Below, piece by piece: positions 20,932-32,409 of a DNA stretch of 46,648 bases. A model generated the notes under the pieces. The model was not told where the DNA came from. It ran no database searches and worked only from the letters and a program-made list of their open reading frames with translations. A program made the position numbers and the translations under genes. Every line of letters begins with the position of its first letter. Positions within the stretch are counted from its first letter, which is position 1. Source of the stretch: Octopus bimaculoides (taxonomy: Eukaryota); assembly GCF_001194135.2 (NCBI RefSeq), contig NC_068984.1:101315331-101361978 (forward strand). Reading direction: 5' to 3'.

Positions 20932-22200
20932 GTGATCCCATAAGTTCTATCCAACTTTACATTTTTTAAAATTGAATGAAATTTAATAGTATTTTAGAAT
21001 GTCTAATGGAATTAAAAATTATTTTTATGCATTTGCGTACATTTAAACTAAATATTATTTTACAGAATAATAGAATTAAAATTTCTTTGATTAAAACCTT
21101 TTCTAACATGGAAGTATCCAAAGACCATTTGAGGCACATAATGCTTTATGAGTATAGAAAAGGAAACTCTGCAACCGAAGCGACTCGAAACATACACTCA
21201 GTTTATGGAAAAGAATGCTTGAATGAAAGAACTTGCAGAAGATGGTTTGCAAAAAGTGAAGATTTCAGCCTTGAAGATGAAGATCAAACAGGACATCCAG
21301 TTGAGTTTGATGATAATCTTCTTGAGGCATTACTTGAAGAAAATCCTGCATTATTAGTTGAAGAATTGGCAATAAAGTTTAGTTCAAACCATACAACTAT
21401 TCATCGTCATCTTCAACAACTTGGAAAGCTTCCTAAACTTGGAAAATGGGTGCCTCATGAATTGTCCGAAAGCAACCGCAAATCCCGAGTTGACATCTGC
21501 TCTTCTCTCCTTTCTCGCGAACTCATTTCACCCTTTTCGGATAGACTTGTGACTGGTGACGAAAAATGGATCTTCTATCGAAGTGTTAAACGTCGTAAAC
21601 AGTGGCTTGGTAAAAGGGGAAAAGCTCAACCACAACCGAGAAGGAACTTCATAGGAAAAAGGTTCTTCTTTCTATCTGATAGGATTACAAAGGAATAATT
21701 CACTTTGAACTGTTACCACCTAATGCAACAATCAATGCTCAAGTCTACTGTCAGCAATTAGAGCGTTTGAACCAAGCGTTGAAGAAAAAAAGACCCGCTT
21801 TAGTGAATCGAAAAGGAGTGATGTTTCATCAGGACAATGCGCGACCCAACACTGCAAAGATTACATCAGAGAAGATCGAAGAGCTTGGTTGGGAAAAAAT
21901 TCCTCATCCACCTTATTCTCCCGATCTTGCTCCTCCATATTACCATTTGTTTCGTAGTTTTCAGAACCATCTGGGGAACATAACTTTCGCAAGCCATGAG
22001 GAGGTTGAAACTAACACTTCAGAGTTCTTCGCTTTGAAACCAAAAGAGTTTTACATTGATGGGATTAAAAAGCTTGTAGGTGGAAGGAAGTCATATATAA
22101 TCAGGGAAAGTACATTGATGATTAAATTTCAATCAAATATAACATTTGATTACTTGTTTTCTTTATTCAAAATTTGGACAGAACTTATGGAATGACCTGA
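20928..22200 (+). mobile_element. Full-length mariner transposon (1273 bp) with TIRs and TA target-site duplication
   Basis: Left TIR TA|tcaggtgatcccataagttctatccaactt; right TIR aatttggacagaacttatggaatgacctga|TA; inserted in an (AT)n tract. Confidence 0.95.
21108..22130 (+). pseudogene. Mariner transposase pseudogene (DD34D)
   Basis: MEVSKDHLRHIMLYEYRKGNSATEA..GKWVPHEL..VTGDEKW..FHQDNARP..PHPPYSPDLAPPYYHLF. Frameshifted near 21650-21770; the third catalytic Asp (normally SDYHLF) reads PYYHLF. Confidence 0.92.
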
Positions 22201-22394
22201 TATTTATGTATGTATGTATGTATGTATGTATGTATGTATGTATGTATGCATGTATACACACACACACTTTCAGACGGAAGAGAACAGCTATGGAAACGTA
22301 TTCTTCAATAAGCTTCATCTATTTTGAGTACAACGAACTTTTTTCGTACAACGAAAAAACAACAAACAGAGAAACGAGACCTGCAACATAAAGA

Positions 22395-22800
22395 GTATAC
22401 CCCTTCGTCAGTTGACCCTGTTCCATCTACTCCGCGTTTCGAATATCTGTAAATAATATGTGACAATTATTCGGTAGTCATGATAAAAGTCCGAGCTTCG
22501 GATGTCGGGGCGGAAACCCACGTCGCCATCTCTTCAGTTATCTCGCCAACGAAAAAATTTTGTCGATGGCCAGTTTTATCATGGCTACCGAATATTTGTC
22601 ACATATTATTTACAGATAAATTCCTCTATTTACATAATATCGAAGTCTCTTTCTTTTGTTGTCTTATCTTTTCTATCAATATATACTCTTATATGCCCCA
22701 ACTCTTCGAAACGCTTAGTTTTAGAACGGTGGCAGCTGATGAAGGAAATGTTCTCTATGTGGCCTGTGTGTTTTCTGTACTCTGTTTATCATTTTGTCCA
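22395..22800. mobile_element. Inverted pair of Penelope-type terminal-repeat remnants (tentative)
   Basis: The GAAAC-N23/24-CTGAYGAAGG motif occurs on - at 22401-22444 and on + at 22708-22746; a related copy is at 46564-46603. Confidence 0.35.
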
Positions 22801-23734
22801 CGTTTTTTTGCAACGTCCTGTACCCAGATATGCATCTATATATACATGTAGATGTAGGTGTGTACATACATGTACGTATATACGCATATACTCATTTATT
22901 ATTTGTATTATATATNNNNNNNNNNNNNNNNNNNNNNNNNNNNNNNNNNNNNNNNNNNNNNNNNNNNNNNNNNNNNNNNNNNNNNNNNNNNNNNNNNNNN
23001 NNNNNNNNNNNNNNNNNNNNNNNNNNNNNNNNNNNNNNNNNNNNNNNNNNNNNNNNNNNNNNNNNNNNNNNNNNNNNNNNNNNNNNNNNNNNNNNNNNNN
23101 NNNNNNNNNNNNNNNNNNNNNNNNNNNNNNNNNNNNNNNNNNNNNNNNNNNNNNNNNNNNNNNNNNNNNNNNNNNNNNNNNNNNNNNNNNNNNNNNNNNN
23201 NNNNNNNNNNNNNNNNNNNNNNNNNNNNNNNNNNNNNNNNNNNNNNNNNNNNNNNNNNNNNNNNNNNNNNNNNNNNNNNNNNNNNNNNNNNNNNNNNNNN
23301 NNNNNNNNNNNNNNNNNNNNNNNNNNNNNNNNNNNNNNNNNNNNNNNNNNNNNNNNNNNNNNNNNNNNNNNNNNNNNNNNNNNNNNNNNNNNNNNNNNNN
23401 NNNNNNNNNNNNNNNNNNNNNNNNNNNNNNNNNNNNNNNNNNNNNNNNNNNNNNNNNNNNNNNNNNNNNNNNNNNNNNNNNNNNNNNNNNNNNNNNNNNN
23501 NNNNNNNNNNNNNNNNNNNNNNNNNNNNNNNNNNNNNNNNNNNNNNNNNNNNNNNNNNNNNNNNNNNNNNNNNNNNNNNNNNNNNNNNNNNNNNNNNNNN
23601 NNNNNNNNNNNNNNNNNNNNNNNNNNNNNNNNNNNNNNNNNNNNNNNNNNNNNNNNNNNNNNNNNNNNNNNNNNNNNNNNNNNNNNNNNNNNNNNNNNNN
23701 NNNNNNNNACACACATATATATATATATACATAT

Positions 23735-23899
23735 ATACGACGGGCTTCTTTCAGTTTCCGTCTACCAAATCCACTCACAAGGCTTTGGTCGGCCCGAGGC
23801 TATAGTAGAAGACACTTGCCCAAGATGCCACACAGAGGGACTGAACCCGGGACCATGTGGTTGGTAAGCAAGCTACTTACCACACAGCCACTCCTGCGC
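23735..23899 (-). mobile_element. SINE family A head, near-consensus copy
   Basis: Reverse complement of the 12030 head: ...caagctacttaccacacagccactcctgcgc. Confidence 0.92.
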
Positions 23900-23900
23900 T

Positions 23901-23935
<35 letters not shown>

Positions 23936-23958
23936 CTTTCTCTCTCTCCCTACCTCTT

Positions 23959-24022
<64 letters not shown>

Positions 24023-24145
24023 CCTCTCTCTCTGATACACACACATACACACGCACAGCTCTTCCTCTTCAACTTTTCCTTTCACTTAACTCACACTCTA
24101 TATATCTAGGTTTTTCTTTCTCTGATACTCTCTCCTCTCTCTCTT

Positions 24146-24194
<49 letters not shown>

Positions 24195-24219
24195 ATCNNN
24201 NNNNNNNTCTCTCTCTCTT

Positions 24220-24252
<33 letters not shown>

Positions 24253-24511
24253 CTCTAGTATTCTTTCTCTCTAAGTCTCATGCTTTCATTCTCTCTCTAT
24301 CTAGCTCTCTATCTCTCTTTCTCTCCCACTATTTTTCTCTTACTTTATTGCTCTCTCTCTGTAACTCTCAGCCTCTCGCTCTCACTCGTTCACACACGCT
24401 CTTTCTCTCGCCGTCTACTTTCACTTTCTTTGTAGCGCTCCTTCTCATTTTCTCACACTCTCTCCTCTCTCACTCACTCTCTGTCTCTCTCTCCCTCTCT
24501 AGCTCTCCCGC

Positions 24512-24544
<33 letters not shown>

Positions 24545-24610
24545 TTCACACACTCTCTCTCTCTCTCCCTGTCTCTTCCTCACTCTGTTTTCCACTCACA
24601 CACACACTCA
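23900..24610. repeat. (AT)n then long (CT)n-rich polypyrimidine field
   Basis: Direct reading of the sequence. Confidence 0.95.
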
Positions 24611-24810
24611 CCATTTAACGGCTTATATTTCTCCTCCTCTGCTTACAAACAGCAAAGAGAAGCAGAATGAGAAAGAGGAGGATGAGAAAAAAGAGGAGAA
24701 GGGGGAGATTACTATTAAATTAGAGAAGAACTTGGGGAGGGAGGGAGGAATAGAAAGAGTAGTAGAAGGGGATGCAGAGTAATTATACAGATGCCAGATT
24801 TTCGTTGTAG

Positions 24811-24885
24811 TAAATGCAGCCCTTTAAGAGGGTGTGACAAACCCGTTGTCAGCCTGACAGCAATTCATGTCAGGATTCTAGCACG
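24811..24885 (+). CDS. Candidate 75-nt exon (xKCSPLRGCDKPVVSLTAIHVRILAR); alternative acceptor at 24790 adds MPDFRCS
   Basis: Unique island. Acceptor ttttcgttgtag|, donor ACG|gtagat, phase 2/2 and open; joins in frame to exon 38109. Confidence 0.4.
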
Positions 24886-24986
24886 GTAGATAGAACGGTA
24901 GACATACATTGCGTGTGTATGTGTGTCTGGATGTAGGTGTGTGTGTATGCATATATGTGTATGTACGTATATGTGCGTATGAAAGC

Positions 24987-25046
<60 letters not shown>

Positions 25047-26527
25047 GTATATATAAATGTACATCCATATCTGAGCGTGTGTGCATGTTGTATATATATA
25101 TATGTATATATGTGTATGTATGTATACGTATGTATATGTATATACAATGCGTGTGTNNNNNNNNNNNNNNNNNNNNNNNNNNNNNNNNNNNNNNNNNNNN
25201 NNNNNNNNNNNNNNNNNNNNNNNNNNNNNNNNNNNNNNNNNNNNNNNNNNNNNNNNNNNNNNNNNNNNNNNNNNNNNNNNNNNNNNNNNNNNNNNNNNNN
25301 NNNNNNNNNNNNNNNNNNNNNNNNNNNNNNNNNNNNNNNNNNNNNNNNNNNNNNNNNNNNNNNNNNNNNNNNNNNNNNNNNNNNNNNNNNNNNNNNNNNN
25401 NNNNNNNNNNNNNNNNNNNNNNNNNNNNNNNNNNNNNNNNNNNNNNNNNNNNNNNNNNNNNNNNNNNNNNNNNNNNNNNNNNNNNNNNNNNNNNNNNNNN
25501 NNNNNNNNNNNNNNNNNNNNNNNNNNNNNNNNNNNNNNNNNNNNNNNNNNNNNNNNNNNNNNNNNNNNNNNNNNNNNNNNNNNNNNNNNNNNNNNNNNNN
25601 NNNNNNNNNNNNNNNNNNNNNNNNNNNNNNNNNNNNNNNNNNNNNNNNNNNNNNNNNNNNNNNNNNNNNNNNNNNNNNNNNNNNNNNNNNNNNNNNNNNN
25701 NNNNNNNNNNNNNNNNNNNNNNNNNNNNNNNNNNNNNNNNNNNNNNNNNNNNNNNNNNNNNNNNNNNNNNNNNNNNNNNNNNNNNNNNNNNNNNNNNNNN
25801 NNNNNNNNNNNNNNNNNNNNNNNNNNNNNNNNNNNNNNNNNNNNNNNNNNNNNNNNNNNNNNNNNNNNNNNNNNNNNNNNNNTATATATACGTATGTGTG
25901 TGTGTGTACATTATACATAGTGTTATTGTGAAGTAGTCTGTGTTGTGTGTATAACCGTTTGCTTAACAACCGTCTGTGTGTTTGTGCGTGTGGTTGTTTT
26001 TAGGGTTTATATATATATATATGTAAGCGTGTTCTTTATGTGCATTTAATCTTCGTTCATGTATGTGTATGTGTGTGTGTGTGTGTTTGAGGTTTGTATT
26101 GTACATCGGTACGTATAAAGTGTGTGTGCATGCGCGTGTGTGTATATATGAATAGATGGTTTGAGTTGTGTATCTGTACCTGTGTGTGTTGGTGCATGTG
26201 TGTGTGTGCGCAAGTGTGGTTTGCATTCTATATCTGTGCGCGTGAGGGGCTTTTGTTTTTCCTTTGTTTTAATCGTTCAACTGTGGCCATGCTGGAACAC
26301 AACCTTGCTCTCGCACGCGCGCACGAGTGTGTGGTGAGTGGTTTTTGTTAGTATTTTTATATGGCTATTTCTATATATGTATGTTTGTGTGGGTATGTGT
26401 TGTGAGTATGTGTGGCGTTTTATATCTGTATATGTGTGAGTGTTCTGTGAGTGTGTAGTCAAGTGTCTTGTTTGCAGATAGATAGATATATAGATAGATA
26501 GATATATAGATAGATATTATACATATA

Positions 26528-26743
26528 TTTTCTTCTACTCTAGGCACAAGGCCCGAAATTTTGGGGGGAGGCGGCCAGTCGATTAGATAGATCCAGTACG
26601 CAACTGGTACTTAATTTATTGACTCTGAAAAGATGAAAGGCAAAGTCGACCTCGACGAATTCGAACTCAGAAGGTAAAGACAGCCGAAATACCGCTAAGC
26701 ATTTCGCCCGGTATGCTAACGATTATGCCAGCTCGCCGCCCTA
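26528..26743 (-). mobile_element. SINE family C, full length
   Basis: ...ctaagcatttcgcccggtatgctaacgattatgccagctcgccgccct is the reverse complement of the family head. Confidence 0.9.
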
Positions 26744-26920
26744 ATAGATATTATATGTTTATGTATGTATGCATGAATGTGTAAGTTTGGTAATGCAAAT
26801 AAGAAAATAGAATTCAAAACATGAGTATATATACAGTTTTATTAATATTCGGCAGAAATTACATAACTTTAATAAGTTACGCCGCACTAAACTCTCGGCC
26901 CTTGAGTCACTTCTAGCAAT

Positions 26921-27105
26921 GGTAATTTTTCAGATTAACACCCGCACGATTTTCACTAGGGTGTTAGGGTTAGGGTTTTAGAGTTAGGATTAGGGTTAAG
27001 GTTAGGGTTAGGGTAAGGGTTTAGGGTTAGGGTTAGGGTTAGGATTAGGGTTAGGTTCAGGGTTAGGGTTAGGTAATCGTGCGGGTGTTAATCTGAAAAA
27101 TTACC
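26921..27105. mobile_element. MITE-like element: perfect 31-bp inverted repeats enclosing a degenerate (TTAGGG)n array
   Basis: ggtaatttttcagattaacacccgcacgatt (26921-26951) and its exact reverse complement (27075-27105) flank about 118 bp of ttaggg variants. Confidence 0.8.
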
Positions 27106-27129
27106 CTGGCAATTATCAATATAAAAGAC

Positions 27130-27250
<121 letters not shown>

Positions 27251-27349
27251 TGCATGAGTATGTATGTGAGGGCAGGCTATTTGTATGTAAATGTCTACTG
27301 AGGAATGGGAGCGAAAGTGTAGAGGATCAGACACAGAAAGTTGGTGATT

Positions 27350-27562
27350 GCGACTTTTACTGACTCTTCCAGAATGGGAAGGTCAATAACATGATCTTTG
27401 TCGACCCTCACAGACTCTGGAGGTCAGTGACTGTCAGCCTTTCTAATCCCCGAAAAAAAGCTGCAGAGGTCACTGACTGGTGACCTTTGCTGACCCTTGC
27501 GGACTGATAAGGTAAATAACGTTGACCTTTACTGATCTTCCCAGACTGGTGAGGTCACTATG
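27350..27562. repeat. Degenerate minisatellite of about 41-43 bp with GACCT...AGGTC-bounded units
   Basis: Units resemble gacctttactgacccttccagactggtgaggtca at about 27352, 27393, 27483 and 27524. Confidence 0.6.
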
Positions 27563-27619
27563 GTTAAAGGAGAAAGATGGTCGCTCTCGACCTACTGGAA
27601 ATAAAACCTAAATTTTAGG

Positions 27620-27845
27620 TATGCGTGTGTGTGTGTGTGTGTGTGTGTGTTTGTCTCCCTCACCATCGCTTGACAACCGGTGCTGGTGTGTTTATGTCCC
27701 CGTAACTTAGTGGCTCGGCAAAAAGGCCGATAGAACCAGGCTTACAAAGAATAAGTCCTGAGGTCGATTTTTCTTCAACCAAAACTCTTTAAGGTGGTGC
27801 TCCAGCATAGCCGCAGCCAAAATGACTGGAACTAATAAAAGAACA
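27620..27845 (+). mobile_element. SINE family A 3' half
   Basis: (gt)n-catcgcttgacaaccggtgctggtgtgttt...ggtggtgctccagcatagccgcag. Confidence 0.85.
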
Positions 27846-28589
27846 AACAAGGGATCCCTTTAAGGCAATNNNNNNNNNNNNNNNNNNNNNNNNNNNNNNN
27901 NNNNNNNNNNNNNNNNNNNNNNNNNNNNNNNNNNNNNNNNNNNNNNNNNNNNNNNNNNNNNNNNNNNNNNNNNNNNNNNNNNNNNNNNNNNNNNNNNNNN
28001 NNNNNNNNNNNNNNNNNNNNNNNNNNNNNNNNNNNATCCTGCTAGAAACAACAGCCAAATCGCCTCGAATCATATTTTAATATCTTAAAAAATAGAAGAA
28101 ACATTGTAGCGCTGGATGAACCATTAAACGTGCTTAGAGCATCAAGAGAAGTGGAGGAGACACAGAAATGGTAAATGGTTTACTGCACAAAAGTATTCAC
28201 TTTAAACTTGCTAAAATAATATTCTAAGTGGTTTATATGATCGGAAATATAACTTTGAAGTGTTCATGACGTCATAGTGATGATTTGATGAAAATTTCTG
28301 CAATTGAAAAAAAAGTAGAAAACTTTTCAAATATAAATAGTGGAAGTATACAAAAAATAAACATTATTTTCCATCTGACTGTTATTTTTGTTCCGTTCTG
28401 GAAAATACAGTTTTATTTTATGGTTTGTTATTGTTTTAAATAAAAAAAGAAAAAGAAATCTTTATTTTATTAGAACATTTAAATACAAACAGACAGGAAA
28501 GAGGAGAGATAAGAAAGGAAAAAAAAGGTGGGTTGGTAAAGCAGCGGAAGATGGCGGAGGAGGAGCGATGGATCACATATCCAAGAACA

Positions 28590-28880
28590 AAGGGTGTGCT
28601 CAGCCGCGCCCCGCGGTAATGACTGCAATGTCAGCGACACTCGCTGGAGCAGTCACTTGTGGAGTCTCATTTCTCCGACGGATCGCCATTGTCCATATTT
28701 TGCGGAGGAAATCGGTAGTGCGGGATCCTAGAACACCTGACGTCTCGAGAGCGACCGGCACAAAGTGATAGCGGCCGGCCAGGACTCTGTATCTATTGAC
28801 TTTTCTCTCCTGTGCATTACGGGTGACGATGGGGGCACCAAATCTTATCCAGCCCCGAGTCTCTGATATATAAACGTACA
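28590..28880 (-). mobile_element. CRE-like non-LTR retrotransposon C-terminal (RLE) remnant
   Basis: AQERKVNRYRVLAGRYHFVPVALETSGVLGSRTTDFLRKI ... *LLQRVSL matches the AE.RK..KY..L..F.P.A.ET.G..G..L...LQR.SL pattern. Confidence 0.75.
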
Positions 28881-29024
28881 AGTTGCTTATGACTGATTGG
28901 CAGGTATGTTTTTATCAATTTGTACGCTACTCTACCAATTCTACCAATATTTTGTCTACCATTTCTACCAGTTCTACCAATCTCTCACCATTTTGTTTGA
29001 TTCTCAACCGATCAGTCCTAGACT

Positions 29025-29335
29025 AAATAATAATGGTTTCATATTTTAGCACGAGGCCAGCAATTTCGTGGGAGGGGATAAATCAATTACATTGACCCCA
29101 GTGTCCAACTGGTACTTATTTTTTCGACTCTGAAGGGATGAAAGATTAAGTCGCCCTCGGTGGCACAAAGGCTAACAAATTCGTGAGACGGTTAAGCCGA
29201 TTGCATCGACGTCAGCACTCAGCTGGTATCTATTTTAACGATCCCTAGGCAGAATTTGAAATTAGAACGTAAAACCGGATCAAATGCTGCTTAACATTTT
29301 GTTCGGCGAACATTATTACTCTAGCTTGCCGCCTT
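29025..29335 (-). mobile_element. Two decayed SINE family C fragments
   Basis: cattgaccccagtgtccaactggtacttatt...gggatgaaa and gaatttgaaattagaacgtaaaacc...ctagcttgccgcctt. Confidence 0.7.
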
Positions 29336-29354
29336 AATAAGAGTAATAATGATA

Positions 29355-29421
29355 ATAGAAGAAGAAGAAGAAGAAGAAGAAGAAGAAGAAGAAGAAGAAG
29401 AAGAAGAAGAAGAAGAAGAAG

Positions 29422-29451
<30 letters not shown>
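29355..29451. repeat. (GAA)n trinucleotide repeat, about 31 units
   Basis: Direct reading of the sequence. Confidence 0.97.
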
Positions 29452-29452
<1 letters not shown>

Positions 29453-30076
29453 CTGTCTATATTTGATAAACTGGCATTGACATTAGTGTGTTGGTGTTTG
29501 TTTATATCAGTGTAACTCTGCGCAAACACTTTCATGTGTTTGCGTCACTAAAGGGAGATAACTCTAAAACGGAATGTAACTCAGTTGAACGTAACTTTCT
29601 GATAAATAGAAATCGATTAACTATCACACTAAAATAAGTCCTAAATCAATATTATCGACGAAAACCTTTGGAGCGGGTGCTCCAGCATGGACGCAGTCCA
29701 GTGTTTGAAAGGCAGTGAAAAAAAAAATATAAGTTTTTAGCAGAGACCCAGCAACACCAAAAGCTTGGGTTATTTACTGTTTTGTTGTTATTGTTGATGA
29801 TGGGAACCAGAAATTAGACAATGAGACAAGCAGTCGGGCGAGCGGACTGTGAAATATAGTGAGGAATGAAGTTGGAAAAAGAAAACGAGAAATAGCCAAA
29901 CAGTCTCTCAGGAAGTGTTAGTCAGTCAGGCGAGTAACAGTAAGAAAATGTGTGAGAGAGAGAAGACTGTAGGAAAAAGTAATACTGTAAGAGAGTACTT
30001 GAGGAAAAACAGAAAGATAAATCTCTGCACTAGAACGGGAAAACTAGAAAGCTAATGTGATAGAGTAATGGAGGCA

Positions 30077-30464
30077 GAGAGAGAGTGGCACTCCGTCGCT
30101 TACGACGTCGAGGGTTCCAGTTGATCCGATCAACGGAACAGCCTGCTCGTGAAACTAACGTGCAAGTGGCTGAGCATTCCACAGACACATGTACCCTTAA
30201 CGTAGTTCTCGGGGATATTCAGCGTGACACAGTGTGACAAGGCTGACCCTTTGAATTACAGGCACAACAGAAGCAGGAAGGAAGAGTGAGAGAAAGTTAT
30301 GGTGGAAGAGTACAGCAGGGTTCGCCACCATCCCCTGTCGGAGCCTCGTGGAGCTTTAGGTGTTTTCGCTCAATAAACACTCACAACGCCCGGTCTGGGA
30401 ATCGAAACCGGGATCCTATGACCGCGAGTCCGCTGCCCTAACCACTGGGTCATTGCGCCTCCAC
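30077..30464 (-). mobile_element. SINE family B, full length, with 10-bp TSD
   Basis: aatggaggca at 30067-30076 and 30465-30474 flanks the element; highly similar to 9821-10212. Confidence 0.92.
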
Positions 30465-30889
30465 AATGGAGGCATAAAGAGTAAGAAAATGAGATGAAAG
30501 TGAGAGAATTCCATGTCTGTTATCGCTTTGTATGGGGAAGATGTTAAGAAATGAAATGAAGGGATGAAGGCAGGTTTTGACAGAGAAAAAAAGAGAGAGG
30601 ATACTGAAGAGTGAGAGTAAAGGATAATAAAGAAGTATGTGAGTGAGAATAATGAAGAAGAGTGAGGGAATGAGACCGTAACTGTAAGGAAGGAAAATCA
30701 AAATAGTTAAAACTAAGAAGTCATGAGTAGTCATGGCTGACATTGCTTTGATCAATAGGACAGCTCGATCAGGGTTGCTCTCGGACTAATCAACAACTAC
30801 ATCCTCCACAAGCCACTAAGGCTTTGTGTTGTTGCTTGACCTGCTAGAATTAACAATCAAATTATCCTTAAATAATCTTTACCAATATA

Positions 30890-31506
30890 GGCGCGGGAGT
30901 GGCTGTGTGGTAAGTAGCTTGCTTACCAACCACATGGTTCCGGGTTCAGTCCCACTGCGTGGCACCTTGGGCAAGTGTCATCTACTGTAGCCTCGGGCCG
31001 ACCAAAGCCTCGTGAGTAGATTTGGTAGACGGAAACTGAAAGAAGCCCGTCGTATGTATGTATATATATATATATATNNNNNNNNNNNNNNNNNNNNNNN
31101 NNNNNNNNNNNNNNNNNNNNNNNNNNNNNNNNNNNNNNNNNNNNNNNNNNNNNNNNNNNNNNNNNNNNNNNNNNNNNNNNNNNNNNNNNNNNNNNNNNNN
31201 NNNNNNNNNNNNNNNNNNNNNNNNNNNNNNNNNNNNNNNNNNNNNNNNNNNNNNNNNNNNNNNNNNNNTGTGTGTCTGTGTTTGCCCCCCCCCACCACCA
31301 CCACCACCACCACCATCGCTTGGCAGCCGATGCTGGTGTGTTTACGTCCCCGTAACTTAGCGGTTCGGCAAAAGAGACCGATAGAATAAGTACTAGGCTT
31401 ACAAAGAATAAGTCCTGGGGTCGATTTGTTCGACTAAAAGGCGGTGCTCCAGCATGGCCGCAGTGAAATGACTGAAACAAGTAAAAGAGTAAGAGTAAAG
31501 AGAGTA
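30890..31506 (+). mobile_element. SINE family A, full length, with internal microsatellite expanded into an assembly gap
   Basis: Head 30890-31050, (AT)n-gap-(GT)-(CCA)n, 3' module 31315-31506 ending (aagagt)n. Confidence 0.92.
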
Positions 31507-31509
31507 ATA

Positions 31510-31770
31510 TAGGTACAAGGCCTGAAATTTTATGGGGAAGCAATCCCAAGCTTAACATCTTCCCAAATTTTATGGGAGTGGGGTCTAGTCGATTACAACG
31601 ACCTCAGTACTTGGTAGGGGTTTATTTCATCGACCCTGAAAGGATGAAAGACAAAGTCGACCTCAAAACGAAAGGATGAAAGAGAAAGTCGAGCTCAAAA
31701 CGAAGAGAGCCGGAAGAAATGCTGCCAAGTATTTAGTCCGACGTGCTAACGATTCTGCCAGCTCTCCTCC
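31510..31770 (-). mobile_element. SINE family C, tail-to-tail with the family A copy; small internal duplication near 31640-31705
   Basis: taggtacaaggcctgaaatttt...tgctaacgattctgccagctctcc. Confidence 0.85.
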
Positions 31771-31941
31771 ATAAGTCACCCTTAGATAATACCGTTTTGA
31801 ATAATAACATCTTAAAGGAAGGATACATATAGATAATGTAGTCCTCGATACATGGTGTATTGAAAAAATAAATGAGAGATTGTGAAATTGGACGTTTTTA
31901 ATCATTAAGTCTGATAAATCACGGGACATCTAGAGCTATAG

Positions 31942-31942
<1 letters not shown>

Positions 31943-31985
<43 letters not shown>

Positions 31986-31990
31986 CGACA
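31943..31990. repeat. (CAA)n repeat
   Basis: Direct reading of the sequence. Confidence 0.95.
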
Positions 31991-32409
31991 AACACTACGG
32001 CGACAGCAAGTACTACAGCAATAACTGCTGCAATAACAACTACATCCGCCAGACGACCGAAGGTCATAACCTCAAATCATACAGAGGACTTTTTCACAGC
32101 TGCAACATTAGAGATAAACAACAATAACAATATAGACAAGCTACAGTTTGACAGGATATCACCTGTCGCTGCCAGCTGTAGCAATCTCAGCACCTGGACA
32201 CCACCTTCAATGCACAATAGCAACACCAACTGAGCAGTATTTCATTTCACCAATAATTGCAATGCCTGCCAAACTATGTTATTTCTGAAGATAACTTATC
32301 TACCTACTAAACTGCAACAGACCCTTCTGCTCACCTCCAATTTCTGCTGAGATGATAACCTACCGATTTTTGTGAAATCTTCATAAACATTATGAGTGAA
32401 GTAGTCTAA

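Noticed and set aside
26957-27074. True telomere or chromosome-fusion scar
   Set aside because: The array is short, degenerate, single-orientation and enclosed by inverted repeats, with ordinary sequence on both sides. There is no head-to-head TTAGGG/CCCTAA junction.
28115-28175. Possible exon LDEPLNVLRASREVEETQK ending at AATG|gtaaat
   Set aside because: The acceptor is weak and lies in repeat-derived sequence, and its phase is incompatible with the neighbouring candidate exons.
31990-32400. Possible APE-endonuclease remnant (FNA.. motif) after the (CAA)n tract
   Set aside because: Only a weak partial motif, insufficient for a call.
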